From NCBI RefSeq assembly GCF_000014785.1, contig NC_008340.1, forward strand, positions 210,001 to 242,000: a DNA stretch of 32,000 nt. The letters run 5' to 3'. A program made the position numbers and the translations under genes. The notes beneath the pieces were generated by a model that saw nothing but the letters and a program-made list of their open reading frames with translations, was not told the DNA's origin and did not search any database. The stretch is from Alkalilimnicola ehrlichii MLHE-1 (GTDB lineage Bacteria > Pseudomonadota > Gammaproteobacteria > Nitrococcales > Halorhodospiraceae). This document shows, piece by piece, positions 21,092 to 31,221 of the stretch; position 1 is the first letter of the stretch, and every line of letters starts with the position of its first letter.

Positions 21092-23365
21092 GTGAGACGT
21101 CTGATTCCCATTGCCATTACCGGTTCCCTGCTGTGGGGGGCGGCGGTCCAGGCCCAGGGGCCCACCGCCGCCGAGCGCGAGGCCTACTTCGCCGAGCGCC
21201 AGCGGGCCCTGTGTGGCCCACCGCTGGTGATGCCGCTGGATGCGGTGGACACCGCCCTGCGCCACCGGCCCGAGACCCCTGCCACCGTGGATGCGGACGC
21301 TATTTACTACGATGGTGCGGCCGGGCGGTACCGCTTCCGTGGCGATGTCCTGATGCAGCGCCTGGATCAGCGGCTGCGCAGCGAGGAGGTGCGCTACGAT
21401 CACGCGAGCGGTCGGGTCGATCTGCCCTTCCCCTTCGTGTACGAGGAGGCCGGGCTGGCGCTGACCGGCGAGAGCGGCTGGCTGCAGTTGCGCGAGGACC
21501 GCGGCGAGGTGGTGGCCGGCGAGTTCATGCTGGATGAGCGCAACATCCGCGGGCGGGCCGAGCGGCTGGAACTGGCGGACGCCCAGCGCTCCCGTTACGA
21601 GGATGTGGGCTACACTACCTGCCGGCCCGGTAACGAGGACTGGTGGCTGCAGGCCCGCGAGCTGGAGCTGGATCGCGAGGAGGGGCTGGGTACGGCCCGC
21701 CACGCCTGGTTCACCTTCCTCAACGTGCCGTTGTTCTACACCCCCTGGATCACCTTCCCCATCGACGACCGGCGCCGGACCGGGTTGCTGGCGCCGGGGT
21801 TTGCCACCTCGGACCGCCATGGCACGGACATCACCGTGCCCGTCTATTGGAACATCGCCCCCAACTACGACGCCACCCTGGTGCCGCGCTGGATCGAGCG
21901 CCGTGGCGCCCTTCTGGGTGGTGAGTTCCGCTACCTGCAGGAGGCCTTCTCCGGCGAGCTCTACGGTGAATACCTGCCCAATGACAGCCTCGCCCGGGAC
22001 GACCGCTGGCTGCTCGGCATCGACCACCGGGGGCGGTTGCCCCGGGGCTGGCGCTATGACGCCGATATCAACCGGGCCAGCGACGGCGACTACCTGCGGG
22101 ATTTCGGCAGTGGCCTGCTGGAGACCAGCTCCAGTCACCTGCAGAGCCGGGGGCGCCTGCGCAATCGCTGGAACGACTGGGCGGTGGCGGCCGAGGTCCA
22201 GCACTGGCAGACCCTGGACGACGACCTGCGCAATCCCTACCGGCGCGAGCCGCGCCTGACCGCGGACTACCAGGGCCCCTTCCGTGCCGGGCAACCGCGC
22301 TACCGGCTGAACACCGAATACACCCGCTTCGCCCTGCCCGACACCGATGCCGACCGGCCCGAGGGTGAGCGCATGGACATTGCTCCGCGGGTGGAGTGGC
22401 GGTTGCACCGGCCCTGGGGCTATCTGACACCGGCGGCCGCGCTGCGCCACACCCAGTACCGGCTGGACGACCCGGTACCGGGCGCGGACGACCGCAGCCC
22501 CCGGCGCACCGTGCCCACCTTCAGTGTCGACTCCGGTCTGTTCTTCGATCGCCCCTTCGACTGGGACGGACGCCCCATGGTGCAGACCCTGGAGCCACGG
22601 GTGTTCTACGTCTACACCCCGGAGCGCCGGCAGGACGACCTGCCGGTGTTCGACACCTCCCGCCGGGATTTCTTCTTTGATGGCCTGTTTCGCGAGGACC
22701 GCTTCAGTGGCGCCGACCGGGTGGGGGATGCCGACCAGGTCACCGTCGCACTGACCACCCGCTTCGTCGACCTGGGGGGCGGTCGGGAGTGGCTGCGTGC
22801 CAGCCTCGGCCAGATCCATTACCGGCGCGACCGCCAGGTGACGTTGTTCCCCGAGACCGACCGCGCGGCGGACCGGCGTAGTCGGTCCGATTATATGGCC
22901 GAGATGCGTAGCGAGTTACCGGGCGGGGTGCTGGCCCAGGGCGAGTACCGGTACAATCCCTATGACAGCCGCTCCGAGCAGGGGGCGTTCCGGCTGGGCT
23001 GGCACCCGCGGCCGGACCTGTTGGTTGGCGCCGGCTACCGGATGCGCTACGGCGATGAGGGCCGGGACGTGGAACAATCGGACCTGGCCGCGGTCATCCC
23101 GTTGGGCCCCCGTTTCAGTCTGATCGGCCGTTGGCTCTATTCCCTCGCCGACGACAACAGCCTGGAGACCGTCGGTGGGCTGGAGTACCGGACCTGCTGC
23201 TGGCGGGTGCGGGCCATGGGCCGGCGCAGTTTCGAGGGGGCCGGCGCCGAGCCGGACACCTCTATTATGCTGCAGTTCGAGTTCACCGGCCTGGGGCAGG
23301 TGGACTCGGGCAGCACCGATTTCCTGCAGGACAGCATCTACGGCTATGAGGGCGACCGCTTTTGA
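21092..23365 (+). CDS. lptD: LPS-assembly protein LptD
   Basis: 757 aa, GTG start. ADAIYYDGAAGRYRFRGDVLMQRLDQRLRSEEVRYD, FTFLNVPLFYTPWITFPIDDRRRTGLLAPGFATSDRHGTDITVPVYWNIAPNYDATLVPRWI, C-terminal YRTCCWRV. Confidence 0.97.
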   Translation: MRRLIPIAITGSLLWGAAVQAQGPTAAEREAYFAERQRALCGPPLVMPLDAVDTALRHRPETPATVDADAIYYDGAAGRYRFRGDVLMQRLDQRLRSEEVRYDHASGRVDLPFPFVYEEAGLALTGESGWLQLREDRGEVVAGEFMLDERNIRGRAERLELADAQRSRYEDVGYTTCRPGNEDWWLQARELELDREEGLGTARHAWFTFLNVPLFYTPWITFPIDDRRRTGLLAPGFATSDRHGTDITVPVYWNIAPNYDATLVPRWIERRGALLGGEFRYLQEAFSGELYGEYLPNDSLARDDRWLLGIDHRGRLPRGWRYDADINRASDGDYLRDFGSGLLETSSSHLQSRGRLRNRWNDWAVAAEVQHWQTLDDDLRNPYRREPRLTADYQGPFRAGQPRYRLNTEYTRFALPDTDADRPEGERMDIAPRVEWRLHRPWGYLTPAAALRHTQYRLDDPVPGADDRSPRRTVPTFSVDSGLFFDRPFDWDGRPMVQTLEPRVFYVYTPERRQDDLPVFDTSRRDFFFDGLFREDRFSGADRVGDADQVTVALTTRFVDLGGGREWLRASLGQIHYRRDRQVTLFPETDRAADRRSRSDYMAEMRSELPGGVLAQGEYRYNPYDSRSEQGAFRLGWHPRPDLLVGAGYRMRYGDEGRDVEQSDLAAVIPLGPRFSLIGRWLYSLADDNSLETVGGLEYRTCCWRVRAMGRRSFEGAGAEPDTSIMLQFEFTGLGQVDSGSTDFLQDSIYGYEGDRF

Positions 23366-23385
23366 CGCCCGGGATTGAGAGGAAC

Positions 23386-24687
23386 ATGACCGCAATCACC
23401 CGCATCACCCTGACCGGCGCGCTGCTCGCCGCCGCCCTGCTGCTGGCGGCCCTGCAGCCGGCGCGGGCCGAGACCCTCGACCGCATCGTCGCCGTGGTCG
23501 ACGACCAAGTGGTCCTGGCCTCCGAGCTGGAACGGGAGCTGGCCACCATCGCCAACCAGTTGCGCAGCCGGGGCCAGCGCCTGCCGCCCCGGGACGTCTT
23601 CCAGCGCCAGGTCCTGGAGCGGCTGATCACCCAGCGGGTGCAGCTCTCGCGGGCCCAGCGGGTGGGGATTACCGTGGATGACGCCACCCTGGACGCGGCC
23701 ATGCAGCGCATGGCACGGCAGAACAACATGACCCTGGGCCAGTTCCGCCAGGCGGTGGAGCAGGAGGGCTTCGAGTACAACTACTTCCGCGAGGGGATCC
23801 GCGAGGAGATTGCCATCAGCCGCCTGCGCCAGGCCCAGGTGGAGGAGCAGGTGACGGTCACCCCGCAAGAGGTGGAGGAGGTGCTGGAGACGTTGGACGA
23901 TGAGAACCAGGAGTACCGCCTCGGCCACATCCTGGTCGCGACGCCGGAGGCGGCCTCGACCGCCCAGTTGGAGGAGGCGCGGGAGCGGATCGAGCAACTG
24001 CGCGAGCAGATTATCGCCGGCGAGACCGATTTCGAGGGCGCGGCCACCGCCTTCTCCGATGCCGCCTCCGCCATGGAGGGGGGCGACCTGGGCTGGCGGT
24101 TGCACAGCCAGTTGCCGAGCCTGTTCGCCGAGGCGATTGATGAGGGCTTGCAGGCCGGCGAGGTCAGCGGGGTATTGCAGAACAGCAGCGGTTTTCACCT
24201 GGTCAAGCTGATGGACCAGCGCACCCAGGGCGGCGAGCGGGTCACCGAAACCCGGGCCCGGCACATCCTCATCCGGACCGATGGCGACGTGATCACCGAC
24301 GAGGACGCCCGCCTTCGGCTACGTAGCCTGCTGGAGCGCATTGAGGCGGGTGAGTCCTTCGCGGAACTGGCGGAGGCGTACTCCGAGGATCCGGGCAGTG
24401 CGGCCCGGGGCGGGGATCTGGGCTGGACCCAGCCCGGCCAGTTGGTGCCGGAGTTCCAAGGGGCCATGGATGCCCTGGAGGAGGGCCAGATCAGCGCCCC
24501 CTTCGCCTCCCCCTTCGGCTGGCACATCGTGCAGGTCACCGATCGGCGGGAGCGCGATGTCAGCCGCGAGCGCCTGCGCGACCAGCTGGCCCAGCAGATC
24601 CACCAGCGCAAGGTGGAGGAGGCGTTCGAGCAGTGGATCCGCCGCCTGCGCGATGAGGCGTACGTGGATGTGAGGGTCGAGCTTTGA
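23386..24687 (+). CDS. surA: Periplasmic chaperone/peptidyl-prolyl isomerase SurA
   Basis: [27 protein letters not shown] plus two parvulin-type domains ([11 protein letters not shown]... and [18 protein letters not shown]...). Located between lptD and pdxA. Confidence 0.96.
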   Translation: MTAITRITLTGALLAAALLLAALQPARAETLDRIVAVVDDQVVLASELERELATIANQLRSRGQRLPPRDVFQRQVLERLITQRVQLSRAQRVGITVDDATLDAAMQRMARQNNMTLGQFRQAVEQEGFEYNYFREGIREEIAISRLRQAQVEEQVTVTPQEVEEVLETLDDENQEYRLGHILVATPEAASTAQLEEARERIEQLREQIIAGETDFEGAATAFSDAASAMEGGDLGWRLHSQLPSLFAEAIDEGLQAGEVSGVLQNSSGFHLVKLMDQRTQGGERVTETRARHILIRTDGDVITDEDARLRLRSLLERIEAGESFAELAEAYSEDPGSAARGGDLGWTQPGQLVPEFQGAMDALEEGQISAPFASPFGWHIVQVTDRRERDVSRERLRDQLAQQIHQRKVEEAFEQWIRRLRDEAYVDVRVEL

Positions 24688-25679
24688 GCCTGCCGCGGCT
24701 GGCCCTTACCGCCGGCGAGCCGGCCGGTATCGGGCCTGATCTCTGCCTGATGGTCGCCGCGGAGCCGCTGGCGGCCTCGCTGGTGGTGCTTGGCGACCCG
24801 CAATTGCTGCGGGCGCGTGCTGCCCTGCTGGGGCTTGAGGTGCGTATCGAGCCGGTGGAGAGCGCGCCTGCCGGCCCCCACCGGCCGGGGGTGCTGCCGG
24901 TACTGCCGGTCCCGATGGCGGGGGCCCGGGAGCCCGGCCGGCTGGACACCCGCAACGCCGATCACGTGCTGGCCCTGTTGGAGCGCGCCGCCCGGGGCTG
25001 TCTGAGCGGTGAGTTCGACGCCGTGGTCACCGCCCCGGTGCACAAGGGCGTGATCAACGAGGCCGGCCATCCCTTCAGCGGCCACACCGAATTCTTCGCC
25101 GAGCGGACCGGAGGCCAATTGCCGGTGATGATGCTGGCCGCGGACACCCTGCGCGTGGCCCTGGTGACCACCCACCTGCCGCTGCGGGCCGTCGCCGACG
25201 CCATCACCCCCGAGCGCCTGGAGCGGGTCATCACTACCCTGGCGCACGACTTGGAGGCCCGCTTCGGCATTCGCCGGCCCTGTATCCGGGTGTGCGGCCT
25301 GAACCCCCACGCCGGAGAGGGCGGGCACCTGGGGCGCGAGGAGATCGAGGTCATCGAGCCGGTGCTGGAGCGGCTCCGCGGCCAGGGGCTCGACCTCGAC
25401 GGACCGCTGCCCGCGGACACGGCCTTTACCCCGCGCCACCTCCAGGGGGCCGACGCCGTGCTGGCCATGTACCACGATCAGGGGCTGCCCGTACTCAAGC
25501 ATGCGGGCTTCGGCCGGGCGGTGAATATCACCCTGGGCCTGCCCATCATCCGTACCTCGGTGGACCATGGCACGGCGCTGGACCTGGCGGGCACCGGGCG
25601 GGCCGAGCCGGGCAGTCTGCTGGAGGCGCTGGAGCAGGCGCGGCGGATGGCCGGGGCCAGCCGCCGCGCGGTCGTCTAG
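24684..25679 (+). CDS. pdxA: 4-hydroxythreonine-4-phosphate dehydrogenase PdxA
   Basis: [93 protein letters not shown] start overlapping the surA stop. Confidence 0.96.
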   Translation: MSLPRLALTAGEPAGIGPDLCLMVAAEPLAASLVVLGDPQLLRARAALLGLEVRIEPVESAPAGPHRPGVLPVLPVPMAGAREPGRLDTRNADHVLALLERAARGCLSGEFDAVVTAPVHKGVINEAGHPFSGHTEFFAERTGGQLPVMMLAADTLRVALVTTHLPLRAVADAITPERLERVITTLAHDLEARFGIRRPCIRVCGLNPHAGEGGHLGREEIEVIEPVLERLRGQGLDLDGPLPADTAFTPRHLQGADAVLAMYHDQGLPVLKHAGFGRAVNITLGLPIIRTSVDHGTALDLAGTGRAEPGSLLEALEQARRMAGASRRAVV

Positions 25680-25689
25680 CGCCGCCGGT

Positions 25690-25929
25690 TCATCCGCCGC
25701 TCACCGGTGGCAGCAAAACCAGGGTGTCGTCCGGCTTCAACGCCGTCTCCCGGCTCACCAGCTCGTCGCCCACGGCGTAGGCCACCCGCTCCAGGTGGGG
25801 CGCCAGCTCCGGCTTTTCTGCGGTGAGGGCGGTCAGGGCATCGGCCACCGTGGCCCCCTCGTCCAGGGTCAGGGTCATGCGCGGCTGGCCCATGACCTCT
25901 TCCAGAATCCCGTAAAACTCTACTTGCAC
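25690..25929 (-). CDS. MoaD/ThiS-family ubiquitin-like sulfur carrier protein
   Basis: 79 aa: MQVEFYGILEEVMGQPRMTLTLDEGATVADALTALTAEKPEL...DDTLVLLPPVSGG, with the diagnostic C-terminal Gly-Gly. Confidence 0.82.
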   Translation of the reverse strand: MQVEFYGILEEVMGQPRMTLTLDEGATVADALTALTAEKPELAPHLERVAYAVGDELVSRETALKPDDTLVLLPPVSGG

Positions 25930-25945
25930 GTCGCGTTCACCCGAA

Positions 25946-27244
25946 TCAGTCGTGTTTCACATGTATGTTACGGCAATGGGTCTCGTGGAGCAGCAGGGAG
26001 GCGGCCAGGGCCAGCGCGGCAAAGGCGCACAGCAGCACCAGCCCCCCCTGGTATTCCGCGACGCCGTAGTCGCTGCGCCCGGCGGCGAGCAGTAACAGGT
26101 CCATGATCCAGCCGAAGATGGGCTGAAACAAGGCCGCGCCCAGGAATAGCCCGGTGTTGACGAAGGCGATGCCCATGCCGGCCAGGGCCGGCGCGGTCAC
26201 CTCCTTGGCGTGGGCGTAGGCCACCACGAAGCAACCGGCGGACAGCCCCAGCGCCACGAACAGCGCCATGGCCAGCGGCCCGGGGCCCCAGGGCAGCAGC
26301 CACAACCCCAGGCAGACGGCGAAATAGACCACCGCCCCGCCGATCAGTACCGGCCGGCGCCGGCCCACCCGGTCCGAGTACATCCCCGCCACCAGGCAAC
26401 CGATGGCGAAGGCGACCGTGGCCAGGGTCGGATAGAGCGAGGCGGCGCTGCGGTCCAGCTCGTGCAGGTCGCGCAGCAGCGGTACCGCCCATAGCCCCAC
26501 GAAGCCGAAGAAACTGCCGGTGATGCCGAAATCGTACACGGCCCCGGGCCAAAGCTTGCGGTTGGCGAACACCGCCCGCAGGTCCTTCAGCCAGTGCTGG
26601 TCGCGGGCGGCGTGGGCGGTCTTGCCCTCCATCTCCCGCACCGATGGGAAGCCCGCATCCTCGGGCTTGTTATAGACCTTCAACCAGGTGGCCACCGCCA
26701 GCACGATGGAGAATACCCCCAGGGCGACGAACACCGTACGCCAGTCGTAGTGGTCCAGCACCAGGGCCAGCGGCCCGGTGGCGGCGATGGCCCCGGCATT
26801 GCCCAGCAACAGGGTCAGACCGCTGATGGAGCCGTACTGGCGTTCGCTGAACCAGACGCTGTTGCTCTTCATCAGCCCGACGAAGACGGTGGAGACCCCC
26901 AGCCCCACCAGGAAGCGGCCCACGCTGGCCATGGCGAAGGTGTCCGCCAGGCCGAACAGGATCGAGCCCACGCCCGCCACCAGGCTGCCCGCCAACACCG
27001 CCCAGCGTGACCCGAGGGTATCCGCCAGTACCCCGGAGGGGATCTGCATGGCGGTGTAGATGTAGTAGTACATCGCCGCCAGCGAGCCGAGGGCGGCGGC
27101 GCTGGTGCCAAAGGCCTCGGTAAGGTCACCGGAGACTGATCCCGGGGCCATACGGTGAAAAAACACCAGCATGTAGGCCAGGATCAGGATGATATAGATG
27201 GTCCAGCGGACCTGCTGGAAGTGGCGGTGGTCGTAAGCAGTCAA
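25946..27244 (-). CDS. MFS transporter
   Basis: 12-TM profile with FHRMAPGSVSGDLTEAF, MQIPSGVLADTLGSRWAVLAGSLVAG, GLTLLLGNAGAIAATGPLALVLDHYDWRTVFVALG. The stop is 16 bp from the MoaD-like start. Confidence 0.9.
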   Translation of the reverse strand: MTAYDHRHFQQVRWTIYIILILAYMLVFFHRMAPGSVSGDLTEAFGTSAAALGSLAAMYYYIYTAMQIPSGVLADTLGSRWAVLAGSLVAGVGSILFGLADTFAMASVGRFLVGLGVSTVFVGLMKSNSVWFSERQYGSISGLTLLLGNAGAIAATGPLALVLDHYDWRTVFVALGVFSIVLAVATWLKVYNKPEDAGFPSVREMEGKTAHAARDQHWLKDLRAVFANRKLWPGAVYDFGITGSFFGFVGLWAVPLLRDLHELDRSAASLYPTLATVAFAIGCLVAGMYSDRVGRRRPVLIGGAVVYFAVCLGLWLLPWGPGPLAMALFVALGLSAGCFVVAYAHAKEVTAPALAGMGIAFVNTGLFLGAALFQPIFGWIMDLLLLAAGRSDYGVAEYQGGLVLLCAFAALALAASLLLHETHCRNIHVKHD

Positions 27245-27307
27245 ATTGGGTCCCCCAGCCTTTGTCGGGTTGTTATCGGCCGGCCCGGTGCCCGTGCCGG
27301 CGGGGGC

Positions 27308-28369
27308 TCAGACGATGGGCGGCTCCTCGGAGGGCGGGTAGTCGCCGTTCAGCCCCTCCTCGAATGCGGCCCACTGGGCCGCCACCCGTTCGGCGCGGGC
27401 GGCCTGATCGTATCGGGCCACGTGGTACAGCGCCTCGCCCTCGTTCACCAGCGGCAGGTTATTGCGGCCCACCACGATCCCGCTGAAGGGCGCATGGACG
27501 GGCAGCTCGCGCTCGCCGAAGGGGTCTGCAATATAACCCAGTACCTGCCTTTGTTTCACGTGGGTCCCGAGAGGGCTGACGGTGCGGAAGATGCCGTCTT
27601 GTTCGGCGCGCACCCATTGCGAGGCATTGGCGACATAGCTCTGGCGGGAGCCACCGGTGTGCCGCCCGCTCCGTGACGGCAGCATACCCAGACTGCGCAT
27701 CACCCGCACGGTGCCGGCCAGTCCGGCCTTGATGGCCGGCTCCTGGAAGCGCAGGGCCTCACCCGCCTCATAGGTGATCACCGGGATGCCGGCATCGTCC
27801 GCCACCGCCCGCAGGCTGCCCTCAATCAGCCCACTGTTCAGGGTGAGCGGCATGCCAAAGGCGCGGGCCATGGCGGCGGCTTCGGCATTCTCCAGGTTGA
27901 CCCGGATCTGGGGGAGGTTGTCCCGATGGATGGCGGCGGTGTGCAGGTCGATGACGTGGTTGCAGCGCTCGACGATCCCGGTGCGGAACAGGTAGGCGGT
28001 GCGGGCGCCCAGGGAGCCTCGCTCGCTGCCCGGGAAACAGCGGTTGAGATCGCGCCGGTCAGGCAGGTAGCGGGAGCGGTGGATGAACCCGAAGACGTTG
28101 ACGATGGGCACTGCCACCAGAGTGCCGGCCAGCTGGCGCAGGGCCGAGAGCTTGAGCAGCCGGCGGATGATCTCCACGCCGTTGATCTCGTCGCCGTGGA
28201 GCGCGGCACTGACCAGCAGCACCGGCCCCTCGCGTCGGCCGTGCACCACCTGCACCGGCATGTGCAGCTGGGTGTGGGTGTAGAGTTGGGCCAGCGGCAC
28301 ATCCACCGTGGCGCGCTGTCCGGGGCGGACCTCCGTGTCCAGGATGCGGAAGGGCGCCCGGCGCGCCAT
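27308..28369 (-). CDS. Succinylglutamate desuccinylase/aspartoacylase family protein
   Basis: PVLLVSAALHGDEINGVEIIRRLL, VPIVNVFGFIHRSRYLPDRRDLNRCFPGS, HVIDLHTAAIHRDNLPQIR, VITYEAGE: AspA/AstE zinc-binding pattern. Confidence 0.9.
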   Translation of the reverse strand: MARRAPFRILDTEVRPGQRATVDVPLAQLYTHTQLHMPVQVVHGRREGPVLLVSAALHGDEINGVEIIRRLLKLSALRQLAGTLVAVPIVNVFGFIHRSRYLPDRRDLNRCFPGSERGSLGARTAYLFRTGIVERCNHVIDLHTAAIHRDNLPQIRVNLENAEAAAMARAFGMPLTLNSGLIEGSLRAVADDAGIPVITYEAGEALRFQEPAIKAGLAGTVRVMRSLGMLPSRSGRHTGGSRQSYVANASQWVRAEQDGIFRTVSPLGTHVKQRQVLGYIADPFGERELPVHAPFSGIVVGRNNLPLVNEGEALYHVARYDQAARAERVAAQWAAFEEGLNGDYPPSEEPPIV

Positions 28370-28371
28370 GC

Positions 28372-28902
28372 CTACTCGCCGTCCCGGTGGCGGTTCTTCA
28401 CCTTCACGTAGTGGCGTGCGGAGTAGACCAGCTTCTCGCGTTCCTCGTCGGTGATCGGCCGGGCCGGCTTGGCCGGACTGCCCACGTACAGGTGCCCGCC
28501 CTCCAGCTTTTTGCCGGGCGGCACCAGGGCGCCGGCGGCGAGGATGCTCTCGTCACCGAGTTCCGCACCGTCCATGATGATGGCGCCCATGCCGATCAGG
28601 CAGCGGTCGCCCACGGTGCAGGCATGCACGATGGCCTTGTGGCCCACGGTGACGTCCTCACCAATGTGGGTGGCGAAGCCCCCCGGGCTGTAAGGCCCGT
28701 CGTGGGCGACATGGACCACGCTGCCGTCCTGGATGTTGCTGCGCTTGCCGATTCGGATGAACTGCACGTCACCGCGCACCACGGCCATCGGCCAGATGGA
28801 AACATCCTCTGCCAGGGTCACGTCGCCGATGACCACGGCGCTCTCGTCGATCCAGGCGGAGTCGGCGATGTCGGGGTAACGGCCCAGATAGTGGCGGATC
28901 AT
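28372..28902 (-). CDS. Gamma carbonic anhydrase family protein (left-handed beta-helix)
   Basis: VVIGDVTLAEDVSIWPMAVVRGDVQFIRIGKRSNIQDGSVVHVAHDG...GEDVTVGHKAIVHACTVGDRCLIGMGAIIMDGAELGD hexapeptide repeats with the conserved His residues. Confidence 0.93.
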   Translation of the reverse strand: MIRHYLGRYPDIADSAWIDESAVVIGDVTLAEDVSIWPMAVVRGDVQFIRIGKRSNIQDGSVVHVAHDGPYSPGGFATHIGEDVTVGHKAIVHACTVGDRCLIGMGAIIMDGAELGDESILAAGALVPPGKKLEGGHLYVGSPAKPARPITDEEREKLVYSARHYVKVKNRHRDGE

Positions 28903-28964
28903 GTAGGTACCCTTTGCGTCTTACTCGGTGTGTGAGATCGGGCGGGTGTCGCGCTGGCCCTGCT

Positions 28965-29849
28965 CTAGATGACGACGGTCACCGGGCAGGGCGCGGTCTC
29001 CACCACCCGGTGGCTGACGCTGCCTATCAGCGCCTCGCCAAGCACGCCTCGGCCGTGCCGGCCCATGATCACCGTTGGTGACTGGTCCTGCCGCGCCCGG
29101 GCATGCTTCACGATGGCGTCCGATGGCCGCGCCGTGGTCAGCAGCGTCTCCTCCACCCCGGACGGTACCTTGCCCAGGGCCTCGCGGGCGCGGGCGAAGA
29201 TCGCCTCGGGCTTCTCGTCGCCCGGGTCGACCCCACCCCTCGGCTGGCAGAAGATCAGCTCCACCGGCACCGAGGCGTTACGTGCCATGTCGCCGGCCAG
29301 CGCGGCGGCCGCTTGGCTGTGCCCGGAGCCATCCACAGGTAGTAGGATCAGGCCCAAGCGCGCCGTGCCCTCATGCTCGGCATCGTCGTGGACCACGGTC
29401 ACCGGGCACTGCACCCGGTGCAGGATCTCGTTGCTGACACTGCCCTCCACCAGCTTGACCAAGTCGCTCATGTGGCGGGCCCCCAGCACCAGCAGGCAAT
29501 CGGACTGGCGGCGCACGTGATCGGCCACCACCCGGCCCGGGCGGTGGACCAGGCTTTCATCGTCCGGCTCGAGGGTGAGGCATTCCGGCTCCAGCGAGGG
29601 GTCGAGAATGGCGCGTGCCTTTTCGAACGCCTGCCGGGCGTTTTCGAGTTGCTCCGCCCGGTCCTGGTCGGTCTCCGGCTTGCGGTTGGCCGGCAGGTCG
29701 CTGAATTCGGCAGGGATGGGGGGCATGACATGCACCAGCTGCAGGCGCGCGTGCAGCACCTGCGCCAGCAACCCGGCATGGCCCGCGGCGGCCACGCACG
29801 CCGGCGAGCCGTCCACGGGCAGTATCACCAGGGCAACGCGTTCGCTCAT
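28965..29849 (-). CDS. Tandem two-domain universal stress protein
   Basis: Two UspA-type domains: ...SDCLLVLGARHMSDLVKLVEGSVSNEILHRVQCPVTVV and LGLILLPVDGSGHSQAAA...PTVIMGRHGRGVLGEALIGSVSHRVVETAPCPVTVVI. Confidence 0.92.
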   Translation of the reverse strand: MSERVALVILPVDGSPACVAAAGHAGLLAQVLHARLQLVHVMPPIPAEFSDLPANRKPETDQDRAEQLENARQAFEKARAILDPSLEPECLTLEPDDESLVHRPGRVVADHVRRQSDCLLVLGARHMSDLVKLVEGSVSNEILHRVQCPVTVVHDDAEHEGTARLGLILLPVDGSGHSQAAAALAGDMARNASVPVELIFCQPRGGVDPGDEKPEAIFARAREALGKVPSGVEETLLTTARPSDAIVKHARARQDQSPTVIMGRHGRGVLGEALIGSVSHRVVETAPCPVTVVI

Positions 29850-29973
29850 GGACCTTATCTCCCTGAGTGGTTATTGGTCTGTCCCTAGACTAGCGCAGGT
29901 TGCCCCGCGGCGTCGCCACCCCGGGAGGTCTGCCGGCACCGATGACGGCCTCCGCCAACGGTGCCGGCGCGGT

Positions 29974-30360
29974 TCAGCTGTCCAGCTGCTCTTTCAGGTG
30001 GGCCAGGGTCTGGCAATGCTCTTCTTGTGGGCTGAACAGGATGATCTCGGCGTCCTGCTCCACCCGGAGGGTGTGCCCCGGTGGCCAGTAGAAGAGGTCG
30101 CCGGCGGCCACGGCTTCCTCGCTGCCGTCGCGGTAGGTCATGACCAATCGCCCCTGGATCATGTAGCCCCAGTGGGGGGATTGGCAGAGATTGTCCTTCA
30201 GCCCCTCAAGCAGGGGCGTGATATCAGTGCCGGCCTCGAGGGAGAAGTACTCCCCGGTCATCTTGCTGTAGCCCGTGGCGTCGCCAAAATCCAAAACCTG
30301 GCGGGCGATGGCGCCCGGGGCGTTGAACACCTGAGGTACATCCGACTTCGCGATACGCAT
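29974..30360 (-). CDS. Small cupin-domain protein
   Basis: MRIAKSDVPQVFN...CQSPHWGYMIQGRLVMTYRDGSEEAVAAGDLFYWPPGHTLRVEQDAEIILFSP: single cupin fold pattern. Start trimmed from the track ORF at 30378. Confidence 0.8.
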   Translation of the reverse strand: MRIAKSDVPQVFNAPGAIARQVLDFGDATGYSKMTGEYFSLEAGTDITPLLEGLKDNLCQSPHWGYMIQGRLVMTYRDGSEEAVAAGDLFYWPPGHTLRVEQDAEIILFSPQEEHCQTLAHLKEQLDS

Positions 30361-30394
30361 GGTGGCCTCCTCCTGCACAGCAGGGTTATGCGGG

Positions 30395-30410
30395 TAGACC
30401 GATCAGTCTA
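30395..30410. promoter_or_regulatory. Candidate TetR operator upstream of cupin gene
   Basis: TAGACCGATCAGTCTA, palindromic TAGAC-N6-GTCTA. Identical to 31106-31121. A minus-strand promoter, TTGACC (30439-30444), 16 bp, TAGACT (30417-30422), lies immediately upstream of it. Confidence 0.85.
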
Positions 30411-30518
30411 ACTGGCAGTCTAGGAAAGCCCGGGGGGTGGTCAAGCAAACGATTTTCCGTTGTGTGTACGCCGGCTCGCGTGCAGACAAGATCCCTGCGG
30501 AAAAGGGTGCCCCGGTGA

Positions 30519-31094
30519 TCAGGCGGCGCTGTGGTTGAAGTGGAAATCGAGCATGGCCCGCAACGGTGCCGGGTCCCGCTGCAGGCGGCTGCGCAGTGCC
30601 GCCCCCTCCCAGCAGTCCAGCAGCAGGTCGGCCATATGGTGGACGTCGGTGTCGGGCGGCAGGTCGCCGCGCAGCCGCGCCTGTTCCAGGCAAACCGCGA
30701 TTCGTGCCGTGATCTCGGCGAAACACCACTCGATCTTGTAGCGGAATACATCGCTGGCCGCGGAAAGTTCCTGGCCCAGGTTGCCGAGCAGGCAGCCGCG
30801 ATAGCCCTCGCGACCGTATTTCTCCAACGACAGCGCGAAGAAGGTGTGAATCCGCTCCAGCGGCGCGCGCTCCGGGGCGCTGAGGCAGGCGTCCAGGCCG
30901 GCGTGGACCTCCCGCATGTATCGGTCCACCACCTGCAGGGCAAAGTCCTGTTTGCTGCGGAAATGGTGATAGAACGAGCCCTTGGGAACGCCGCTGGCGG
31001 TGAGCAGCGTTTGCACGCCCAGGTCGTTGTAGCCGTGCTGCAGCAGCAGGTCCAGGCCGACCTCCAGCAGGCGTTGCTTGGTGTCCTTGCGCAT
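30519..31094 (-). CDS. TetR/AcrR family regulator, NemR-like
   Basis: MRKDTKQRLLEVGLDLLLQHGYNDLGVQTLLTASGVPKGSFYHHFRSKQDFALQVVDRYMREVHAGL: classic TetR HTH with the PKGSFYHHFRSK motif. Confidence 0.95.
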   Translation of the reverse strand: MRKDTKQRLLEVGLDLLLQHGYNDLGVQTLLTASGVPKGSFYHHFRSKQDFALQVVDRYMREVHAGLDACLSAPERAPLERIHTFFALSLEKYGREGYRGCLLGNLGQELSAASDVFRYKIEWCFAEITARIAVCLEQARLRGDLPPDTDVHHMADLLLDCWEGAALRSRLQRDPAPLRAMLDFHFNHSAA

Positions 31095-31105
31095 GGCGGA
31101 ACCCG

Positions 31106-31121
31106 TAGACCGATCAGTCTA
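31106..31121. promoter_or_regulatory. Candidate TetR operator upstream of the TetR gene
   Basis: TAGACCGATCAGTCTA, identical to the copy upstream of the cupin gene, 12 bp from the TetR start codon. Confidence 0.85.
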
Positions 31122-31221
31122 TATCAAGACTAGGCCAAGGCCGGCCGGCGTCAAGGTGGAGAGGGCCAATGCCGCCCGATCAAGTCGTGCCCGGCCGTTG
31201 CTCCTCCTTCGCTGGCCCGGG

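Noticed and set aside
20972-22819. 615-aa minus-strand ORF opposite lptD
   Set aside because: Antisense shadow of lptD with no domain signature.
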